Positions 26,787-32,209 of a DNA stretch of 32,209 bases are shown one piece after another; positions within the stretch are counted from its first letter, which is position 1, and every line of letters starts with the position of its first letter. A program made the position numbers and the translations under genes. The notes under the pieces were generated by a model. That model worked only from the letters and a program-made list of their open reading frames with translations, was not told the DNA's origin and made no database searches. Source of the stretch: Candidatus Woesearchaeota archaeon (lineage in GTDB: Archaea; Nanobdellota; Nanobdellia; Woesearchaeales; GW2011-AR9); the NCBI GenBank assembly GCA_016185685.1, contig JACPNC010000023.1, positions 1 through 32,209 of the forward strand, written 5' to 3'.

Positions 26787-28184
26787 ATGTCATTCTATCA
26801 TCATCAGGCAAAATATAACCTTGGTGAAAGAGAATTACAACCTCAGGAACGCCTCGTCATTGGCACAAGAAAAAATCCGCAAGAACCCATGCGTGTTGCC
26901 CAACATTTAGGCCTTTCTCCCAGCCATCCCGATGCCCTTATTCTCCATAGAGTTTGGGATGATGGAGAATATCTCGCTACATTTCAAACTAAACAACATG
27001 ACAGATTTTCTGCTAATTATATGTTACCAGACGGTACACAACGCTTTGGGTACGGCTTAGAAGGAAAAACAGTATATTTAACCCATACACTCAGCAGAGA
27101 ATACACTTCGCAAGACTTAGTAACACGATTAGGACAACTTGCTTGGACAGCAAAATATAATGGTGCAGACAATGTAGTCCTTCTTGCCTATACTTTAAAT
27201 TATGGCGCACAAGAAAGAGGTGTACATGATACGGAACATCAAAGAATGCAAACACTTTCAGCACAAGAAAAATTTGATGGACAAGCTCCAACAGCACAAT
27301 GGCATTTGCTTCAGTTAGCACAATCCGGCGTAGATGCGATCATTACCCCTCATACCCATTCTCCGGAAGATATGCAACGCATTTGCAAAGAAGTAAATGA
27401 AGAATTATTGCCATTACATGAATTGGCAAAAACAAAAAATCACACGCTTCGTTATCATGTAAAATATCATAATATTGATCTCTCACCCGTCATAGGCACA
27501 CTTTTTGCAGATATCGGAGAAACAAAATTATCTTTAGATACCTCAAATCAGGGAAAGAATATTCTTTTTGTAGCAGTAGATAATGGAATTACCCCTTTTG
27601 TGCGTAACTGCCGACAGTATTCAGGATTGGTAAATTCTGCTTTTGCAGCTATGCATAAAAAAAGAGCAAAAGATGGAGTAGATATTGACTGCTTAGAATT
27701 AGTTGATGCAGAAAATCTTGATCCTAAACGAGGAATTGAAGGGATGCAAGTAGTGGTTCTTGATGACATGATCCGCAGCGGATCTACTATGGACATGAAC
27801 ATCCGTGTACTTGGCGGGCAAGATATTGACGGAATAAAACGCAGCGACCTCATTTTTGGAAAACCAGAACGAGTAATAGTTTACGCAACAAGAACGATAT
27901 GTAATAGCCAGGCAATTGATATTTTATCAAAAAATAAAATGGTAAAAGATGTTTTGGTAACTAATGCAGACTCGCGGGTAAAATATAACTTAGGCCAACT
28001 AGCAACAAAAACACAAATTCTGTGGATAAATTTTGTGATGGGTGCTGCAGCAAAAGCTGTTGAGCACGGGGAAGATCCCAATATGGTTTTAACACCGGCA
28101 TATATTCGCAAGCATCAATTACTCCATTTGCAGCGGCCGCATGAGCATTACCGTAACACCGGAGAAGCCGAAGGGATAATTTGA
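26787..28184 (+). CDS. Divergent ribose-phosphate pyrophosphokinase (PRPP synthetase)-like protein
   Basis: YGAQER (cf. YARQDR), HTHS, VAVDNG, HKKR and VVVLDDMIRSGST; 465 aa. Confidence 0.75.
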   Translation: MSFYHHQAKYNLGERELQPQERLVIGTRKNPQEPMRVAQHLGLSPSHPDALILHRVWDDGEYLATFQTKQHDRFSANYMLPDGTQRFGYGLEGKTVYLTHTLSREYTSQDLVTRLGQLAWTAKYNGADNVVLLAYTLNYGAQERGVHDTEHQRMQTLSAQEKFDGQAPTAQWHLLQLAQSGVDAIITPHTHSPEDMQRICKEVNEELLPLHELAKTKNHTLRYHVKYHNIDLSPVIGTLFADIGETKLSLDTSNQGKNILFVAVDNGITPFVRNCRQYSGLVNSAFAAMHKKRAKDGVDIDCLELVDAENLDPKRGIEGMQVVVLDDMIRSGSTMDMNIRVLGGQDIDGIKRSDLIFGKPERVIVYATRTICNSQAIDILSKNKMVKDVLVTNADSRVKYNLGQLATKTQILWINFVMGAAAKAVEHGEDPNMVLTPAYIRKHQLLHLQRPHEHYRNTGEAEGII

Positions 28185-28222
28185 ACAAGAGGAATTCCGC
28201 CACCATAATTTTGATTTTTGTG

Positions 28223-28266
28223 TAGAGAACTTTGCATTTAAAATGTCAACTATGCAAAGTTTTCTG
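28223..28266 (+). other. Long intergenic hairpin followed by T-rich tract (possible terminator or processing stem)
   Basis: TAGAGAACTTTGCAT / ATGCAAAGTTTTCTG with a 14-nt loop. Confidence 0.55.
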
Positions 28267-28383
28267 TAGTTTATTTTTTGATTTTTTCTGTTATTATCTT
28301 ACTGTATTTCAGCTTCAGCTTTTTTCACATTTCGCACTGCTCTGATAATTTCATACTGAGAACTATCTCCGCAATAAACATTT

Positions 28384-28445
28384 TTATGCCGAGGCTATCC
28401 CTATCGCAGCAAGCTGCGGGGTATTAAACCCAGACTGGAATAAAA
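28384..28445. mobile_element. Short palindromic repeat element (REP/PATE-like)
   Basis: GC-rich GGCTATCCC-tat-CGCAGC-aa-GCTGCG-GGGTATTA; shares flanking motifs with the insertion at 10063-10094. Confidence 0.6.
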
Positions 28446-28586
28446 ACGGCTTTTGGAAAGTATATTATTGTCTTTGAGTACTACTATAATAACCATGAAT
28501 GCGGATGGTAAAAAAATAAATATCAAACAGTTTGAACAGAATTTACCACCACAAAATTCATAAAGAATCTCCTCATTAAACATACC

Positions 28587-29657
28587 ATGACCGTAGCCGA
28601 ACAACTTGTCGTACTCGACCAACATTTCCAAAAAAGAAACGATGACCAAACTATTGAATACCTCGCAAGACGCGATAAAATTCAACGCATTCTGGAATTG
28701 AAAGAACAAAAGAATGTCCTCATCCTCGGCCATAACTACATGGCTCCGCTCGTGTACAATCTCTCAGGTGAGGGACAGCGTGGTGATTCATTGCAACTAG
28801 CAAAATATGCCGCACAGTGCGAACAACCTATCATCCTCTTTGATGGCGTGCGCTTTATGGCAGAGACTGCAAAAATTCTCAACCCTTCAAAAAAAGTATT
28901 GATTGCAGATCTTAAAGCGGGATGCAGTTTAGCTGATCCCTGCCGGGCAGATAAAGTAAAATGGTACAAACAGCAATATCCAGGATTACCGGTAGTGATT
29001 TACATTAATTCTTATGCAGATGCCAAAGCCGAATCAGATTATTGCTGTACGTCATCTAACGGTCTTGCAGTAGTTGAACACGTAGCAAAGGAATACAAAA
29101 AAAACAGAGTAATTTTCCTTCCTGACTCGCTCATGGGAGCAAATATTGAAGAAGAATTGCAGGAAAAAGGAAGCAAGATAGAATTAATTTATCCTGGAAA
29201 ATATGATAAAGAACATGGCTCCTGCGAAGTGCATGAACAAATTTCTGTAGAGATGGTGAAGAATATCAGAAAACAATTTAATTTGCCGAAATTGATAGAA
29301 GAAGAAAAAAATCCTGAAACGGCGGTTATCGTGCATTGGGAATGCCTTCCGGAAGTAAGGAAAGAAGCAGATTTCTGCAGCAGCACATCAAAGATGATAA
29401 GTTATATCAAAGAACATCCCTCACTGCAAAGAGTCTTTTTAGGCACGGAGTGTGAAATGACTGCCAATTTGCAGGCAGAATTTCCCCAGATAGATTTTGT
29501 AAAGACTTGCGGTATCGCTTGCCAGCACATGGCAAGAATTACTATTGATAAAATTTTGGAAACATTGGAAACAGAACAGCCTGAAGTTACCGTTCCTGAA
29601 GATATTCGTGTACGTGCTTTAGTACCTATAGAAAGGATGTTAAAGATGAGAAAGTAG
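28587..29657 (+). CDS. nadA: Quinolinate synthase A
   Basis: GHNY, GDSL.L, GV.FMAETAKILNP, AGCSLA, YINS, CCTSSN, CEVH, H.EC, GTE and C.HM; all three Fe-S Cys present. Confidence 0.95.
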   Translation: MTVAEQLVVLDQHFQKRNDDQTIEYLARRDKIQRILELKEQKNVLILGHNYMAPLVYNLSGEGQRGDSLQLAKYAAQCEQPIILFDGVRFMAETAKILNPSKKVLIADLKAGCSLADPCRADKVKWYKQQYPGLPVVIYINSYADAKAESDYCCTSSNGLAVVEHVAKEYKKNRVIFLPDSLMGANIEEELQEKGSKIELIYPGKYDKEHGSCEVHEQISVEMVKNIRKQFNLPKLIEEEKNPETAVIVHWECLPEVRKEADFCSSTSKMISYIKEHPSLQRVFLGTECEMTANLQAEFPQIDFVKTCGIACQHMARITIDKILETLETEQPEVTVPEDIRVRALVPIERMLKMRK

Positions 29658-29669
29658 AAGATAAAAAAT

Positions 29670-30260
29670 ATGAAACCATACACATTTTGTCCTCATTGTG
29701 CACAAAAACTTGAGAGTTACCAAGATCATCCCGGTTGCAATCCTGCAACAGGCGGCTGTGGATTCGTACACTGGAATAATCCCATTCCAGTTGCAGCAAC
29801 ATTGATTGTTTTTCCTTCAGGAAATTACATGAAAGAAGTAGAAAGAGAATTTTATACACAGATGGATAAAGGATTCTTAACCCTTGTAAGAGCCGAAACG
29901 CGAGAATATACTGGTATAGTTACAGTTAAAAGAAAATGTGAGCCTAGTGCTGGAGAGTGGTGTCTGCCCGGCGGTTTTGTAAATGAAAATGAAGACACAG
30001 CAGCAGCAGCAATAAGAGAAGCCAAAGAAGAAAGTGGTTTAGTGGTAGAGTTACTTTCAGATCAACCGCATATGTATAACATTCCGGATCGTAATCAAAC
30101 CATGCATTTCTATATGGGCAGACCGATTGGGGGAGAATTACGTGCAGGGGATGATGCAGTAGAAGTGAGAATTTTTACTTTAAAAGATCTTCCTCAACTG
30201 TGTTTTTATTCACATCAAGATATGGCAAAAAAATGGTATAATGGAGAGTTGAGAGTGTGA
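29670..30260 (+). CDS. Zinc-ribbon NUDIX hydrolase
   Basis: FCPHC...C....CG.VHW.NP.PV, then LPGGFV...E....AAIREAKEESG and AGDDA. Confidence 0.9.
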   Translation: MKPYTFCPHCAQKLESYQDHPGCNPATGGCGFVHWNNPIPVAATLIVFPSGNYMKEVEREFYTQMDKGFLTLVRAETREYTGIVTVKRKCEPSAGEWCLPGGFVNENEDTAAAAIREAKEESGLVVELLSDQPHMYNIPDRNQTMHFYMGRPIGGELRAGDDAVEVRIFTLKDLPQLCFYSHQDMAKKWYNGELRV

Positions 30261-30279
30261 ATGAGAGTTGAAAAAAAAT

Positions 30280-31509
30280 CTACTTAGTTATAACTAATTT
30301 TTCTTCTATCTCCTCCTTTTCTTCCTTCCCAGCATAAAATTCCATCTCTTCCGTTTTCTCATCTACAAACTTATACGCTTCTTCTCCATACGAACTCAAT
30401 TCTTTCTTTTCCGCTAAAAATCTTTTACGCTTCTCCTCCGGCATACTATCTAATGAACCTTTACCGCTCAATCCTACCTGCGGAGTTTTACGCAAAAAGT
30501 CCATAGAGGTAAACAGTTTTCCTTCCGGATCATTATTTACAAGCTCATGCCACTTTTCAAAATCAATCCACGTATGCCAGACACCATTAATTTTAAATTT
30601 CTTTTTGGCAAACATCACTACATGCGAAGAAACATGCTCAGAAACAATCTCCCAGTCAGGCAAATGTTTCACCAACGCTTTTGAAAAAGAAATAATCTCT
30701 TCATGCAAAGGCATATTTTCTTGAGTTAACCGTTCTCTGCTTGGTCCAACATGCATGTAAGCTTTTGCTTCGATAAAATCTGGATTACCTCGTTTAATCA
30801 GTTCAGCATATTTATCCAACAACACATCATTTTCTCCTTTCACTACTGTTAACCGCACACAAGTTCTTTGTTTTTTCTGTGCAAGATAATCTAATGACAA
30901 CAGTAAACGTTCCCAATAATCTTTGAACAAAGGCTTATCAACCTCTTTTAACATTTCTTTCGTCGGAGCATCTACACTCACATATAACTGTGTGACCGGT
31001 TTAAGATCACGAATTTGTTCAGGATACTGTGCATTTGTTACTAAAAAAGTTGAAACCCCATCACGATTAAAAAGAGCAAGTGATTCATTGATTCGGGGAT
31101 AAAAAATAGGCTCGCCCGTGAGAGAAAGAGCAACGTGTTTAATCTCTTTTGATTTCGCATAAGCTGCCTGATTTGCCGTTGGACTTCCACCAAATCCTAC
31201 TAACAACTGATGATGCGCATGCATCGCTCCGGCATGAATATCTTCCGGAGTATCAACCTCCCATTTCCATTCCTTGCTTACCGGAGCTTTATATCCTCTC
31301 CAGCAAAAAGTACATCGATTTGCACAACTGATAGAGGTAGTCATCTGCATACACTGGTTGCTCATGATGCCATAGAATTTTAATTTATAACACCCGCCTT
31401 CTCCGCGAATCATATTCTTCGTCCATCCGCAGGTTTTTACAGCACTATGACTGCCAACGATACGATATCCTTGTTTTTCCAGTTCTAGTTTAGATGCCGG
31501 AGTGAGCAT
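30280..31509 (-). CDS. taw1: 4-demethylwyosine synthase (radical SAM Tyw1/Taw1)
   Basis: HSAVK.C.W, CYK..FYGI, CANRCTFCWR, SLTGEP, FLVTN and E.KAYM. Leaderless ATG 31509 follows a TTTTAAA box. Confidence 0.95.
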   Translation of the reverse strand: MLTPASKLELEKQGYRIVGSHSAVKTCGWTKNMIRGEGGCYKLKFYGIMSNQCMQMTTSISCANRCTFCWRGYKAPVSKEWKWEVDTPEDIHAGAMHAHHQLLVGFGGSPTANQAAYAKSKEIKHVALSLTGEPIFYPRINESLALFNRDGVSTFLVTNAQYPEQIRDLKPVTQLYVSVDAPTKEMLKEVDKPLFKDYWERLLLSLDYLAQKKQRTCVRLTVVKGENDVLLDKYAELIKRGNPDFIEAKAYMHVGPSRERLTQENMPLHEEIISFSKALVKHLPDWEIVSEHVSSHVVMFAKKKFKINGVWHTWIDFEKWHELVNNDPEGKLFTSMDFLRKTPQVGLSGKGSLDSMPEEKRKRFLAEKKELSSYGEEAYKFVDEKTEEMEFYAGKEEKEEIEEKLVITK

Positions 31510-31703
31510 GAAAGAAGAAAATAGAGCGTTTTTTAAAAGACTTTGGGAGAAGAAAAATAATACCAAAAAAAAATACATACCAGAACACTTATTTTCTTGT
31601 CACCTTAAAAAGAGCAAATCTCCAGTAACATTTAAAAATAACCCCCCTTTTTAAGCATAAAGTACGTACCTCAGTAAAATGAGACGTAGTGGAGGAATTA
31701 AAA

Positions 31704-32009
31704 ATGGAAGGAAAAGTAAAGTTCTTTAACAGAACAAAAGGATTTGGTTTTATTGTTGGCGATGATGGTCGCGATTACTTCGTGCATCATTCTGCTCTCA
31801 ATAGAGGAACGTTCCTGCGAGAAAATGACAAAGTTTCATTTGACGCAGCAGAAACAGAACGTGGTTGGCAGGCAAGAAATGTAACTTTGCTGCAGAAAGG
31901 CTCTGAACTTGCTGGAGCACCTCAAGGATCACAAGATCAAGCTTCTGAAGGATCCAATGAAGAATCAGCTGAAGAACCTGCAGCTGAAGAAGAAGAACAA
32001 GAAGCATAA
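31704..32009 (+). CDS. Cold-shock domain protein with acidic tail
   Basis: GKVKFFN..KGFGFI and FVH.S motifs; GGAGG upstream of ATG 31704. Confidence 0.93.
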   Translation: MEGKVKFFNRTKGFGFIVGDDGRDYFVHHSALNRGTFLRENDKVSFDAAETERGWQARNVTLLQKGSELAGAPQGSQDQASEGSNEESAEEPAAEEEEQEA

Positions 32010-32089
32010 GCTTTTTGTTTTGATTTAAAAGTCTGATTTAAATTTTTCTTATTTTTTTACTATTTTTTAGTAATTATTTAGCTTTCAGA

Positions 32090-32209
32090 AGTGCCACCAT
32101 CATTAAGTCGAGCTTCTTCAATATCCATATCGAGCTGACAAGGGGGTTGTCCAATCCGGGGAACGTCAGCCATCGATATAAACGACGAAAGCGAGAAGAT
32201 GGTGGCACT
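32090..32209. ncRNA. Candidate structured RNA (120-nt nested hairpin), unclassified
   Basis: AGTGCCACCATC/GATGGTGGCACT, GTCG/CGAC, ATATCGA/TCGATAT and GCTGAC/GTCAGC nested stems; more GC-rich than the flank. Confidence 0.5.

Noticed and set aside
28189..28455. GAGGAATTCCGCC ... AAAAACGGCTTT resembling RNase P P4 strands
   Set aside because: The strands do not pair properly, no P1-P3 helices are evident, and the interior is AT-rich and holds an unrelated repeat.
28401..28733. 110-aa minus-strand ORF ending YSSLGLIPRSLLR
   Set aside because: Antisense shadow of nadA; its tail is a translation of the palindromic element.
31510..31578. Hydrophobic N-terminal extension of Taw1
   Set aside because: Translation of T-rich promoter DNA; ATG 31509 fits a leaderless start.
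32090..32209. 5S rRNA, tmRNA tag (AAACGACGAAA) or hammerhead identity
   Set aside because: No CCGAAC loop, tRNA-like domain or CUGANGA core.
1..32209. CRISPR array, tRNA/rRNA genes, integrase, transposase or reverse transcriptase
   Set aside because: No regularly spaced repeats, cloverleafs or corresponding protein motifs were seen.

Overview
Low-GC archaeal DNA, most consistent with a DPANN/Woesearchaeota-type genome. Evidence: pfdA-ftsY adjacency, Taw1, a short histone-fold gene, TATA-box promoters with leaderless starts, and several MNT/HEPN modules. The taxonomic call is an inference. The left ~15 kb is a co-oriented NAD+/ADP-ribose cluster. It contains a nicotinamidase-like gene (partial), GNAT, Gln-dependent NadE, an ADP-ribose NUDIX, NadM-type NMNAT, a Ser/Thr kinase, a vWA protein, a GATase-fold protein, a pyruvate-kinase-like barrel lacking the C domain, ADP-ribosylglycohydrolase, NAD kinase and a membrane Ser/Thr kinase. 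MNT/HEPN genes interrupt the cluster, and an NrtR-type GT-N7-AC palindrome sits directly behind a TATA box. A second NAD-related mini-cluster (divergent PRPP-synthetase-like gene, nadA, NUDIX) lies at 26.8-30.3 kb. Features missed by the ORF track: a 149-bp palindromic insertion that breaks a HEPN gene, a related palindromic element before nadA, a 56-aa histone, a 32-aa zinc-finger microprotein, a decayed DGR-target-like fragment, a double hairpin before the PK-like gene and a 120-nt hairpin at the window end. All calls come from motif reading by eye; no searches were run.
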